Positions 38,417 to 51,439 of a stretch of DNA of 64,000 nt are shown here, piece by piece. This DNA comes from Leucoraja ocellata (Eukaryota): NCBI GenBank assembly GCA_036785375.1, contig JAWMAR010000114.1, positions 744,001 through 808,000 of the forward strand, written 5' to 3'. The notes below the pieces were generated by a model, which saw only the letters and a list, made by a program, of their open reading frames with translations, ran no database searches and was not told the origin of the DNA. The translations under genes and the position numbers were made by a program. Each line of letters opens with the position of its first letter. Position 1 is the stretch's first letter.

Positions 38417-40886
38417 CTAGACGAGGAGAAGCAAGACCAATCAGCAGAGAACTACGATGCACGAGAAGCATCATTTTTGTCTTTAAATAATTGGAAATTT
38501 GATATTAAACACCTTTGAGTCGTAGAGCTGTACACCTCTGAAAAGGCCTCTCAGCCCGACATATCCATGCTGACCAAGTTGGCATACTGGGCTAGTCCGA
38601 TTTGCTTGCATTTGGCCCAAATCCCTCTAAACCCTTGCTATCCATACATCTATTCAAATGTCTTTTGAAAATTGCAAATGTATCCAGTTCTATAGCTTCC
38701 TCTGGCAGCTTATTCCAGATACGGACTACCTTTGGAGTGAGAAAGTTGCCCCTGAGGTCCCTTGTAAATATATCTCCTCTCACTTTAGGCCTGTGCCCTT
38801 TAGTTTTAGAATCCTGTACCCTGGGAAAGAGTGTTCACTTTATCCATGCCCCCTCACGATCTTGCACACCTCAATAAGGTCACCCCTCAGCCTCCTACTC
38901 TCCAAAGAAAAAAGTCCCAGCCCATACAACTTCTCCCTGTAACTCAAGCTCTCAAGATGACTTGGTGAATCACTTATGTGCTCTTTCCAACTTAATGACA
39001 TTGTAGCACAGTGTCTGAACTGCTCCTGGTCACATCCAGCAAGGACTGGCTGCTGTCTGTTGACTACAGAAGAGCTGGTCTCCATCCAACAGTGAACCAC
39101 ATTACTGTTTTGTTCTTAGCAACAGAAAGGATATATTGTACCATAATGCGAGGGTAACATTTCACCCTAATGTATCTAAACAATAGGTGAAAAACTTGTT
39201 CTATCCCCTCTACAATGTTGCGATTAACACCAAACACACTGTCGATGATTCCCACTCATATTACAGAGCTGCTTTCTGAAGATCCTTCAAGAGCCAACGG
39301 AAACTTTAAAAAAGTGTTGGAGGAACTCAGTGGGTCAGGCAGAAACTCTGGAGGGAATGGACAGACGACACTGTGTGTTTCTATGAAGTTCGTGTTCTCC
39401 AACCCCGTCTCATGCTTAGTTGTTTAAGTGGCACAATTGCGCAGCGGTAGAATTACTGTCTCACAGCGCCAGAGACCCAGGTTTGATCCTGACCACGGGT
39501 GCTGTCTCTACGAAGTTCATGCTCCGGTTTCCTCCCATACTCCAATGATGCACAGGTTTGTAGAATAATTGGGTTCAGTAAAGTGATAAATTGTCCCCAG
39601 GGTGTAGGAAAGTGCTAGTGTCCGGGGTGCTCGCTGGTCCGTGGTGACTCGGTGGACCAAAGGTGGAATGTATCTCTAAAGTCTTAAAGTACATGGATAG
39701 GAAAGGTTTAGAGGGATATGGGGTAAATGCAGGCAGGTGGGCCTTGTGCAGATGGGGCATCTTGGTTGGCATGGTCGAGTTGGGCTGAAGGGCCTGTTTC
39801 TGTGCCATGAGACACTGAGTATTTCATGTTCCTCTGCTATATCTCAGCCTACCTTTCCATGTTCAGTATTCAGTGAGGACTTGCCTACAACTGTATCCCG
39901 TACATGGTTACAACAGTGTTAAAGATCTGCCTGTATCGATTTTAACACGACAATGAGAACGTCCCAAGGAGGAACAGGTGCGACGGCTTCACTCCACTCC
40001 CCCTCTCCCAGCTGACAAAAGCAGGAATTATTCAATTTGCAGGCGAGGACGGAATGAAAAATGACACCCTCCTGGCAAGAGAGCAGGCGTGTAACTCGAT
40101 GCACAGGTATTTGACTCCGTTTCTCAAAGCCCGGGCGCAGGGGTAAACAAGGTACATTCCTGAAATAAAATGCATTCCAACAGGTCAACCAAGAAAAACA
40201 AGAAATAAAAACTGCAGATGCTAAAACTAGAGAATGCTAAACTGGACTGAATGCCACCTGTACAGAGTGGGACAGAGTCTTCACTTCAGGCACCCTCATG
40301 GGAGATCATGTTACAGTTGTATAAGATGATGATGAGTGTTCAGTTTTGGTCACCATGTTGTAACAATGTTGTCGAGCTGGAAAGAGTGCAGAGATTTACA
40401 AGGATGTTGCCAGGACTCGAGGGCCTGAGCTATAGGAAGAGGTTGAGCAGCCAACAACGTTATTCCTTGGAGCGCAGGAGAATGAAGGGTGATCTTATAG
40501 ATGTGTATTAAAAAATCATGAGAGGAATAGATCAGAAACTTTTGCCCACAATAGGGGAATCGAGAACCAGATGACTTAGGTTTAAGATGAGGGGGGAAAG
40601 ATTTAGTAGGAACCTAAGGGATATTGTTATTTTACACAGAGGGTGATATATGGAACAAGCTGCTAGAGAAGGTGGCTGAGACTATCATAACATAGACATG
40701 GATAGGAAAGGTTTTGAGGGATATGGGCCAAATGTGAGCAGGTGGGACTAATGGAGATGGGGCATGTTGGTCAGTGTGGGCAAGTTGGGCCGAAGGGCCT
40801 GTTTCTGTGCTGTGTATCTCTATGGCCCGCCGATTCTGTGGAAGATCCAGCTTTTTTTATCTTTGATCTAAAGTTCAGATCTGTAC

Positions 40887-40956
40887 CTGGTTTTGAAGTT
40901 CCTTGAATTCTCTCTGCCGGTTCTCCCTTTCATCTTCCAGCCAAGCCACTTGTTTC
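40887..40956 (-). CDS. NINL: NINL exon
   Basis: (R)KQVAWLEDERENRQREFKELQNQ, 70 nt, phase 2-0; resembles human [23 protein letters not shown]. Confidence 0.85.
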
Positions 40957-43411
40957 CTGTGCACAACAAGAGAGTCCGAATCCAATTACGAAGCACTATC
41001 AATAATGCGTGTATTTCATGAACGTTTTTTAAACCACAGTTTTTCTACCTGTGTTCATTCACTTTTCCCTCCTGGTCCTGGAAATCCTGACGAAACATTG
41101 CCACTTTCCTTTTCAAGGAAGAGTTCTCTTCAGCAAGCATTTCACACTCATATCTGAGGGATACATTACTCTTGTCAAATAACTACAGCCATTCTTCAGA
41201 GAACCTTAGTGCAGGATTGTAACAAGTTCCTGAAACACACGTTGGAGTCTAACATTTGGAGCACTGTGTGCAGTTCTGGTCGCCCAGCTACAGGGAGGAT
41301 GTCATTAAGCTGGAATGGGTGCAGAGGAGATTCACCCCTTGCGGGCTTGAGTTATGTAGAGAGGTTGGGTAGGCTGGCACTTTTTCTTTGGAGCATAGGA
41401 GGCTGAGTGTCCTTAGTGAGGTGTACAAGATCACGAGGGGCATGAATAAAGTGGGCGCTCGCAGTCTTTTCCCCAGGGTAGAGGATTCTAAAACTAGAGG
41501 GCACAGGCTTAAGATGAGTGGGGAGAGATTTAAGAGGGACATGAGGGGCAACTTTTTCATCAAAGTGTAGTCTGTATCTGGAATGAGCTGCCAGAGGAAG
41601 CTATAGAAGCGGATACAATTAAGACATTTTGGACAGATATATCAACAGGAAGGGTTTAGAGGGATATGGGCCAAATGCAAACAAATGGGACTAGCCCAGT
41701 ATTCTGAAGGAGGGTCTCGGCCCGAAACGTCACCCATTCCTTCTCTCCAGAGACGCTGCCTGTCCTATTGAGTTACTCCAGCTTTTTGTGTCTATCTTCA
41801 GTTTAAACCAGCATTCTTCTTACAGAGCCTTCTTACACAGCCTAGTATACTAACTAGGTCAGCATGGACAAGATGGGCCAAAGGGCCTGTTTCCGTGCTG
41901 TACAACTACCCCAGGACTAACTGCGGCTGAGCATTGACCATCACAACATGGGATCAGAATTCATCAAGTGAAAGCCTGATGCCTGGATATTGCAACTCTA
42001 GTCAGTGATACCAAACATAATAATTACTGTGAGCTGCACACTGCCTAATGGACTCAGCTGCAAACTAAGTCAATGGTACTGAGTGTAACACCTCTCACCA
42101 CAATGCAGCACTACAAACAGTGGCCAGTTTCTCATCGCCAGAGGCTGCCGAGAGTGGTTGACTCAACCCGGTCCATCATGGACACAGACTCCCCCCCCCA
42201 TCTAGAGCATCGACACCAGGCGCTGCCACAAAGGGGCCGCATCTACCATCAAGCATCCCCACCATCCGGGCCATGCCCTCTTCTCACTGCTACCGCAGGG
42301 CAGGAGGGACAGAAGCCACAGGTTCAGGAACAGCTACTTTCCTACAACCATCAACCTACACAACCCATCGGTAAGAAGGTACAGGAGTCTGAAAACTGAG
42401 TCCTCCAGGTTCAGGAACAGCTTCTTCCAAGCCGCTGTCAGGCTCCTGAACACTGCAAACACCAACTAAACTTCAAACTATCAACTGTCTGAGTTGCACT
42501 AGAGAGTTTGGGCTTTGGTTTGGTTGCACTAATATTGTTTTTTTAATTGAACTTATTTTTGTTTTCACAAGAAGCGCAAGACAGACACCATTGTGCAGAT
42601 GCCGAGAGGTGTGTTCTGCTCTGGCTGATCAACTTCTAATCTTGTATGTGGACTCGATAAGAAGAATAGTTTTGTTTTGTTATTATGTTGTCAATTGAGT
42701 ACTGTGTTTACAGACCTGTTGAGCTGCTGCAAGTAAGAACTTAATTGTTCCGTTTTGGTACAAATGACAATTAAACATTCCTGATTCTTGAGCCATCAGG
42801 TTCTTGAAGAGAATATGGATAAAGAGCAAGGGGGGTAAAGGGCTAGAACAGGCACCTTGGTCCAAATGGCCTTTTTATGCTGTGCGCGTTATAAGTTTAT
42901 CCACTTGTTTTACAAGATGCTGGCTTTGAAATAGTGCACAGAAAACTTTCATTATTGCACTGGTCTTAATGTCAATGCCGTAAGACTGCTGGCAAGGCTA
43001 ATTAGGTTAAGCAAGGGAACATGAAAATAACCAAGGTGACCACACATTTCAGGTAGAGGTTGTTATCAGAAGCACAGACGGATCTGGCAAAGTCTGAGCA
43101 AGCACAACCGGGAACGCCGTGACGCGCTCCCGCCAAACCTCATCCAAATGCCGCGGCCCGATCTTTGCAGGAGGCGTTATTGCTCACTGTCCAAGAAACC
43201 TCGCCTGCCCGTCCCAAGCAAGAGCGGGAATGTCCAGGGACAGTTTGAAAATGTTCATATTCAACAGCACCTCACATTTCACTTGGGCAGCTTTCAACCC
43301 AGCGATATGAGTATTAATTTCTATAACTTCAAGTGACCCTAGTCGTTGTACTAGTTTCACTGTCGTCTTGCTGAGTTTTACTGTTTGTATCACTCGTTAT
43401 CACCTTCCCCA

Positions 43412-43552
43412 GGGGTGGGAGATTGCAACCTTCACGTGGTCCGCCCTGTTTCGACGAATGCAATCAACCCGGCATGCACAATCAAATAAGGTCAAATAGA
43501 ACAAGTTGTCCTACAACTTTAGACTGTGCACGCCATACGCAAGAAGAAGAAG
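43412..43552 (+). mobile_element. 141-nt retroposed 3' end with (AAG)n tail
   Basis: 10-bp TSD ACCTTCCCCA at 43402-43411 and 43553-43562; stem-loop AAGTTGT-CCT-ACAACTT before the tail; inserted in a Penelope 3' region. Confidence 0.75.
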
Positions 43553-44062
43553 ACCTTCCCCACAGCCAGCAATGTACCATTGTGGGCTCCACCTCTCCTT
43601 GATTATCTTTGCTGGCCTTGATTTGTCCTTTTGCATATCTTTTATTCATTTGTCCTTTGTACCTCTTCATGCCTCTAGTCTCCCACTCCCTCGACTCAGT
43701 CTGAAGAAGAATCCCGACCCGAAACGTCACCCATCCTTTTTCTCCAGAGATGCTGCCTGACTGCTGAGTTACTCCAGCACTTTGTGTGTATCCATCTTGG
43801 AATGGTTAGGGTCTGATTAGTGGAAATCAAGAGAGTCAGATGCAGTGCAGAGCGGCGGTGAGGAGAGGCATGACTGTGCGACACAGCAGCTACATAACGG
43901 CCGACACAGCCGGGAGTTGGACAACCCAGTGCCATGTCACCAAGGAGAAACAATCATGCATCTCGATTCAGTGGCTGTGGAGATAGTCAATTAGATGCCA
44001 ATCTTGAGATCAGTAGCAATAGGATGCTGCTCATTATTGACACGATGATGATTGCGCCAAAC

Positions 44063-44530
44063 CTGTACTTGCTCTGAGCCTGGGTTCGCAACCTTCAAGC
44101 CCCTGCACCGTCCTCCCGCACTCAACCCTCGCCCGTCTCAGCCTGAGATCCTGCTCATCCCCTTGCCCATTCAGTACCAGCTCATGGTGGCCCTTCGGCC
44201 CGGCAGGATGCTGCTGTCCATCGGCCGAGGGGTGCGAGGGAACTCCTCGGCCAGCACTCGTCCCGTCCCGTGGCCTTTGCTCTCCGGAACCTTCCGTCTG
44301 TTCCCTTCCGTTCTTTTGTTTCTTCGAGCTCTCCTCATGCTCGCGTTGCACCGCCTGCCCTTCCTGGCCGCAGAACGCAGCCCGCTCCTCCCCAGGGTCC
44401 ACGCTCTTCCCCGTGGTCTCTCTGCCAAGGGTGGACCATCGGCTGCTCTCCAATCCCCGCTCCCTCACCGCATCCTCCACCCCCAGCCGCCATCTCTGTC
44501 TCACGTCCACAGTCTCAGCCCCGATCCTCC
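44063..44530 (-). other. NINL: NINL exon-like segment (468 nt), open only out of phase with its neighbours
   Basis: CAG acceptor and GT donor; 156 codons; GC-rich and repeat-free; an early TGA in the phase required by the flanking exons. Confidence 0.5.
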
Positions 44531-44926
44531 CTGTCAAAGCAACAGGTCGGCCACCAGGGGTAACCTCAGCTTAAATCCATCTCCCGCTGACTCCCTGAAG
44601 ACATTTAAACACTTTTCATTACTCTAATGGAAACCGTATTTAAGATAAATATTTCCATAATCCTAGGAGAGCTCTGAATACTGACCACAACCTCGTTACC
44701 ACAAACTCCCTGGATCATAGTTACACAGCATGGAAACAGGCCGTTCAGCCCAACTAGACCCATTTGACACAACATTTTCACACAGAGTGGTGGGTATGTA
44801 GAACAGATTGCCAGAGAGGGTATTTTAGGCAGGCACAATGATAACATTTAAGATATTTAGATATTTGGCGGGGGGGACGGGAAGGGAGGGATGAGAGTGG
44901 ACAAGTGCCTGCTCGGCAACACCTAC

Positions 44927-45384
44927 CTGAGTCGCTGCAGCTCCTGCTGATGCGTGAGCCTCAACTCCGTCTGCTGCTGCAGCTTATCCTGCAACTGTTT
45001 CAGCTGCATCTGCAGCCCCTCCAGGACCAGGGCTCGCTGCCACTCCCCCCCTTCTTGCAGCGACACCTCCTCCAGGGCCCAGGTCCGGCTCGCTGCCTTC
45101 CTCTCCCCTTGTCCCTCCGATCCTCCAGCCTCCTTCCCCTCCTCTCCGGCCTCGTCCACTCCGACCCCCGCGTCCTCTGCCAGCTCTTCCCGCTCGGTCT
45201 CCGCTCCGGGCCGATGAACACGGAGCTGGCTCACGACTCCTTGCAGTCGCTCCACCTCACGACTCCCGACCAGCTTCTCCTCCTCCAGCTCACTCATTTC
45301 CAGCTTAAACCGCTCCTCCTCAATCTTCCGCTCCTTCTCAAAGTTCCTCTTCATCAGTTCCATTTCTCCCTCGTAATAATTTAC
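44927..45384 (-). CDS. NINL: NINL exon
   Basis: [20 protein letters not shown]...HQQELQRL(R); matches human [28 protein letters not shown] donor, phase 2. Confidence 0.95.
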
Positions 45385-45886
45385 CTGCAAAATTACAGCA
45401 AGGTTAATCCGCAAAGTAAAAATCCTACTAACCATCCAACCACACAGTGGCGCTGCGGGTAGAGCCGCTGCCTCACGGCACCACAAGCCCAGGTTCAATC
45501 CTGACCTCAGCGCTGTTTGTGCGGAGTTTGCACATTCTCCCTATGATCGCGTTTGGGGATGTGGGAGGACCCGGAGGAAACTCACGCTCTCACAGGGAGA
45601 ACATGCAAACTCCACACAGAGAGAACTCGAGGTCAATGTTTCATCTTTACCCTGACAGGCTGTGGATTCTCAGTCAAAGGGAACCACAAGGCAGATTAAA
45701 GGGACTCTAAGACAATAGTGAGAAAGATAAAGCAGTAATAAACCGGTCACAAGCACAGCTGTAAGGTGCACTTTAGCTGGTGGTGTATGCAGATGCCCTC
45801 TGGCTGGAGAGATTCACTAACACCATCAGTGGTGAGAGGCAGCAACAAAGAAGGTATCTGAAGAAGAGACTCAATGGTTGTCCCAC

Positions 45887-46008
45887 CTTTGTTTCCAGCT
45901 GTCGCCTCAGGTCCTGCACCTCCTGCTGCCACTGCACCCTCTGTTGTTCCATCGCAATCTCCATTTCAATGCTCACGTTGCCACACCATTCTTCTGGCAA
46001 TTCCTTAT
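45887..46008 (-). CDS. NINL: NINL exon
   Basis: (D)KELPEEWCGNVSIEMEIAMEQQRVQWQQEVQDLRRQLETK; resembles human VSIETELMMEQ...QDLRTQLETK. Confidence 0.93.
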
Positions 46009-46199
46009 CTGTTCAGAAAATGGGAATGATCTTCAAATGTTTGTAACCTTAGTTCCCACTTTTCCAGACAATAAGTGGGAATAAAAATTAAACAGAATGT
46101 TGGAAGTGTTCAGCTGGGCCGGAAACACCTGGCCCGCTAAACCTTTTCAGCATTGGAGGGAAAAACGGTTCACATTTCAAATTCACAGTTCAGTTTAGT

Positions 46200-46460
46200 T
46201 ATACAGCATGGAAACAGGCCCTTTGGCCCACTGAGACCATGCTGACCAGCGATCCTGGCACATTAACACTATCCTACACACCAGGGACAATTTACATTTA
46301 TACCAAGCCAATTAACCCACAAACCTGTACGTCTTTGGAATGTGGGAGGAAACCGACGATCTCGGAGAAAACCCATACGGTCACAAGGAGAATATACTAA
46401 CTCCGTACAGACTGCACCCATAGTCGGGATCGAACCCGGGTCTCTGGTGCTACAAGCGCT
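46200..46460 (-). mobile_element. tRNA-derived V-SINE (HE1-like); further copies near 24860, 35580, 39425, 47870, 49020, 53945 and 59430
   Basis: B-box GGTTCGATCCC and V-domain core GGTTTCCTCCCACATTCCAAAGACGT. Confidence 0.8.
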
Positions 46461-46875
46461 GTAGGCATCGGGTTGGAGATGTATAGCAGGGAAACAGACC
46501 ATTTCAATGGGTTCCCAGAGGAAACCCACGCATTCACAGGGAGAACGTGCAAACTCCACGCAGAGGGGACCCGATTTCAGTAGAGCTGAATCCTTGAAGC
46601 AGTGTGCAGCGTACGGACACTACTGTGTTGATTAGTAACGGTGTCAATGGTTACGGGGAGAAGGCAGGAGAATGGGGTTGAGAGGGAAAGATAGATCAGC
46701 CATGATTGAATAGCAGAGTTGACTTAATGGGCCGAATGGCCTAATTCTGTTCCTATGACATAAACTATGGTATGTGTAGGAAAGAACTGCAGACGCTGGT
46801 TTAAATCGAAGGTAGACACAAAATGCTGGAGTAACTCAGCGGGACAGGCAGCATCTCTGGAGACAAGGAATGGGT

Positions 46876-46903
46876 GACGTTTCGGGTCGAGACCCTTCTT
46901 CAG
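46876..46903 (-). ncRNA. Minimal hammerhead-ribozyme-like motif in a Penelope-derived end (best-preserved copy)
   Basis: Minus strand CTGAAGA-A-GGGTC-TC-GACCC-GAAA-CGTC: CUGANGA core, stem II, GAAA, palindromic ACGT and a GUC cleavage triplet. Confidence 0.65.
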
Positions 46904-48149
46904 ACTGATGTTTGGTATCACTGACTACAGTCGCAATATCCAGGCATTAGCCTTTCACTTGATGTTGTGACTTTCAATGCTCAGCGGCAGTTAGTCTTAG
47001 AATAGTTGTACAGCACAGAAACAGGCCCTTCGGCCCACCTTGTCCATGCCGACCAAGTTGGCATACTGGGCTAGGCACACGTCTGCAATTGTCCCATCTC
47101 CCTTCCTGTCCATAAATCTGTCCAAATGTCTTCATGAGCATCGTTTCTGTAAACATATTCACTTCCATGGCTTTCTAGCGGGGAGATATTTAGAGGGGAG
47201 AGATTCATGAGGGACCTCAGGGGTCATTCAGAGGGTAGTCCATATCTGGAATGAGCTGCCAGGTGAAGCGATAGAAGGGGAGTTGCAAAAGACATTTGAC
47301 AGATACATGAATAGGAAGGGTTTAGGGGAATATGGGCCAAATGCAGGAAATGCTAGCTCAGTATGCAAGCCAACTTGATTGGCATGGACAAGGTGGGCAC
47401 TATGATCTTAAGCCCATGTCTTCTAGTTATTGATGGGTAAAAGGCCCTGTGCATTCGCCCTATCTTTTCCCCTCATTATATTATATACCACTAAAGATCA
47501 CTCCTCTTCCTCTTGGGCCCCATGAAATAGTCCTAGCCTGCACAACCTCCCCCGAATGCTCAGGCCCTCGAGTCCTGGCAACATCCTCGTAAATCCTCCC
47601 TGCACTCTTTCCAGCTTAACGACATCCTTCCTATAACAGAATGGCCAAACCTGAACACAACACTTCAAAGGAGGCCTCACCAGTGTCATATACAACTGCG
47701 ACATAACATTGCAACTTCTACACTCAATATCCTGTCTGATGAAACATCTCCCTAACCCATTTTAAACCTTGACTGTCAACACATGAAAGATTGTGCTTTT
47801 GTGTGCAATTTCCCTAATATTATTCTTGAATGTGTTGGGTGAGGGATGTTTGGGACAGCTCTGGAGACCCAGTTCGACCCTGACCCCAGATACTGTCTGT
47901 GTGCAGTTTGCATGTTCTCCCTGTGACCGCGTGGGTTTCCTCTGAGTGTTCCGGTCTCCTCCCACATCCCAAAGACGTGCAGCTCTGTAAATTGCCCGTA
48001 ATGTGTAAGGAGTGAATGAGAAAGTGGGATAACATAGACGTATTGTGAACGGGTGATCGATGGTCGGCATGGACTCGATGGGCATTTCCATGCGGTATCT
48101 TGAAAGTAAACCGATATGTTGGCTCTAGTAGACTGCTTGCATGGTATCA

Positions 48150-48780
48150 TTGACCAAAGGCAAATGAAATGCTAGTATTTATTTCGAGAAGGACTAGAGT
48201 ATAAAAACAGGGATGTAATGCTGAGGACTTATAAATCGCTGGTCAGACCACATTTGGAGTATTGTGGGCATTTTTGGGCCCAATATCTGAGGCAGAATGT
48301 GCTGGCATTGGAGAGGGTCCATAGGAGGTTTACAAAAATGATCCCGGGGATGACTGATGAGTGTTTGATGGCACTGGGCCTGTACTCGTTGGAGTTTAGA
48401 AGGATGAAGTGGGATATTGAAACTGACCGAATAGTGAAAGGACTGGATAGTGAATGTGGAGAGGATGTGTCTACTGGTGAAAGAAACCACTAGGACCAGA
48501 GGCCAAAGCCTCAGAATAAAAGGGCGTACCGTTAGAATGAAGATGTGGAGGAATATCTTTAGTCAGAGGGTGGTGAATCTGTGGAATTCACTGCCACAGA
48601 CATGTGGAGGCCAAGTCATTGGATATTTTTAAAGCAGAAATTGACAGATCCTTGATTAGTAAGGGTGTTGGGGGTTATGTGGAGAAGGCAGGAGAATGGG
48701 ATTGAGAGGGGATAGATCACCCGTGATTGAAGGGCGGGAGTGAGGTCGATGGGCTGAATGGACTGTTCCTATGCCGTCTG
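48150..48780 (+). mobile_element. CR1-type LINE 3' fragment
   Basis: YKSLVRPHLEYC and RVVNLWNSLP motifs. Confidence 0.85.
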
Positions 48781-48796
48781 GCCTGCGTTCACTCAC

Positions 48797-48950
48797 CGGG
48801 ATGCAGGGCGTTGACGCTGAGCCGCTCGGTGCCTGGGCGGAAGCCGGAGCTCCAGCGGTGACCGACTGCCGGTCGCAGCTTCCTGACCTGCAGCTGTGAG
48901 CGCAGCACTTCCACCTCAGACCGCAGCTCGTCGTTCTGGTCACACAACTC
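48797..48950 (-). CDS. NINL: NINL exon
   Basis: ELCDQNDELRSEVEVLRSQL...; resembles human DLQDRNDELQAELE; CAG/GTGAGT; phase 0-1. Confidence 0.92.
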
Positions 48951-51439
48951 CTGCGGAGGTGAAGGCAACAACCTCAGAGCAACGAACGCACAGTATACCA
49001 CATCCATCCAGTGTTTAGTTTGGTTTAGAAATACAGCATGAAAACAGGCCCTTCGTCCCACCAACTCCATGCCGACCATCAATCACCGTTCACACTGGTT
49101 TTAATTTATCCCACTTTCACACTACACACTAGGGGCAATGTGCAGAGGGCCAATTAACCAACAAACCTGCACATCTTTAAGAGGAACTGGAGCACCTGGA
49201 GGAAACCCACGCGATCATAGGGAGAACGTGCAAACTCCACATGGACAGCACCCAAGGTCAGGATCAAACTTGGGTCTCACGCTGTGAGACAGCAGCTCTA
49301 CCCGCTGTGTTACTGTGTCGCTAGGCAAACGGGAGAGGTTCAGGCTTATTGTTGTCACGTGTACTGGGGTACAGTGAACAGCTTTGTTTTTGCATGCTAT
49401 CCTATCTGATCAGGTAATACTATACATAAATACAATCAGTTCAAACTCAAGTACCATAGGAAATGCAAAGGGGAAGATACAGAGTGCAGAAAATAGTTCT
49501 CAGCATTGTAACACACCAGTTCCATTTAAGTCCAATGTATACAATGGGGTAGAGGTGAATCGGGCAGTACCCTAGCTTATGGAAGGACCGTTAAGAAGTC
49601 TGATAACAGAAGGGAAGAAGCTGTTACTGAGTCTGATGGCACGCTCTTTCAATCTTCTGTACTTTTTGCTGGACGGGAGCAGGGAGAAGAAGGAATAACC
49701 GGGGTGGGACAATTCATTGATAATGTTGGTTGCTTTCCCAAGGCAGCGTGAAGTGTAGATGGAGTCAATGGTGGGGAATCTGGTCTGTGTGATGAACTGG
49801 GCTACGTCTACAATGGTGGGGAATCTGGCCTGTGTGATGAACTGCGCTACATCTACAACTCTGCAATTTTTTTGCGGTCTCGGTTAGAGCTGTTCCCAAA
49901 TCAAGCTGTGATGCAGCCCGACAGTATGCTTTCGACGGTGTATTTGTAAAGGTTTGTAAGAGTCGCTAGAGACAAGCTGAATTTCCTCAGTCTCCTCACG
50001 ATGGTGTGCCTCTTGGCTGTCATTTCAAAGTGGTTAGTCCTTGAGAGAATGAAGTAACTCCCGCATCAACTGCTTGAAAGAAAAGCACCAACAGAAGCGA
50101 CTGGGGATCCATTTTGCACACGGTGTTTGTATTAGAGTCAAGCTCCAAGAGTGTTTAATTGTCACATGTACCGGCAAGGGAACAATGTGATTCTTCCTTT
50201 CTACAGCTTTCCTACCAACAACTAGACACCAGCTCTGAGCTACCGGAGACCCTGGGACAATCTTTAATCGGACTTTACCTTGAACTAAATGATATTCACG
50301 TTATTCCCTTTATCCTGTATACGTACACTGTGGATGGCTCGATTGTAATCATGTCTTGTTTTTCCATTGACTGGATAGCACGCAACAAAAGCTTGCACTG
50401 TACACATGACAATAATCTAACTAAAATAAACACAATAACACACAGATCAATACATAATAATCAATAAATGATAAATGAATGACCATAATTCTGTGTAACC
50501 ATAATGGTGCAAAGACTGAAGTCCATACATAGTGCAACAAAAAACTAGAGGATTTGAGCATGTGGCTGGGGATGTGAGTGGCCTGCCTGTTTAGAACTGG
50601 GTGACCACTGGTGTTTGTGCAGCAATGCAGAGTCCCACGTCCTGCCCCATCTCCATCCACTCGGCCCACACACACTTTGTGTGTATTTTTCATTTCTTTG
50701 CAAGAATGGGGTTAACGAAGGAGACTGCAGAGAGTGGTGGACACTGCCCGGCCCATCACGGGTACTGCCCTCCCCTCCCCTCCCATCTAAGGGATCTACA
50801 GGAGGTGCTGCACGCACACCACCCTGGCCACGCTCTCATCTCGCTGCTAACATCAGGAAGGTGGTACAGGAGCCTGAAAACCGTGACGTCCAGGTTCAAG
50901 AGCAGCTTCTTCCCAGCAAACATCAGGCTCTTGAACATCCTCTGCGGACTGTGTCTTTGGTTGCACTACGGACTTTATAATTATCTTGTGTTACAGTTAT
51001 TCGTTTTTTTATTACAAATGTATCTGTATGTAATTGCATTTACAGGCCTGTTAAGCTGCAGCATTTCAAGACAAGGTGGCGGCACAAATAGAAACAGGAG
51101 CTCATGTGCACAATTTGAGATGAAAACGAGGGTACAATCTCACTCACAATAATAAATGATGATTTGTGGTCAGCTCACCTTCACCCTCTGGCGAGTCCAA
51201 AGGAAGGCGTTAGAATGGAGAGAGAGAGAGAGTGGATAAAGTCAGTGCAAGGTTGTTGCTGTGTTAGTCCTTGCACCACACAGACAGGAGGCAGGAGACG
51301 TTGGAGCACACATGACAACAATAAGTTCATACATTCTAGGAACAGAATTAGGCCATTCAGCCCATCGTGTCTACTCTGCCATTCAATCATGCTGATCTAT
51401 TTTTCCCTCTAAACCCCATTCTCCTGCCTTCTCCCCATG

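Noticed and set aside
38990-39110. Possible additional NINL exon
   Set aside because: No convincing splice sites or coiled-coil similarity, and the flanking exons already join in phase
44052-45462. Leu-rich plus-strand ORFs (191 aa and 185 aa)
   Set aside because: They are antisense shadows of Glu/Gln-rich NINL exons
49768-49858. 45-nt tandem duplication
   Set aside because: Ordinary slippage inside a decayed L2 fragment
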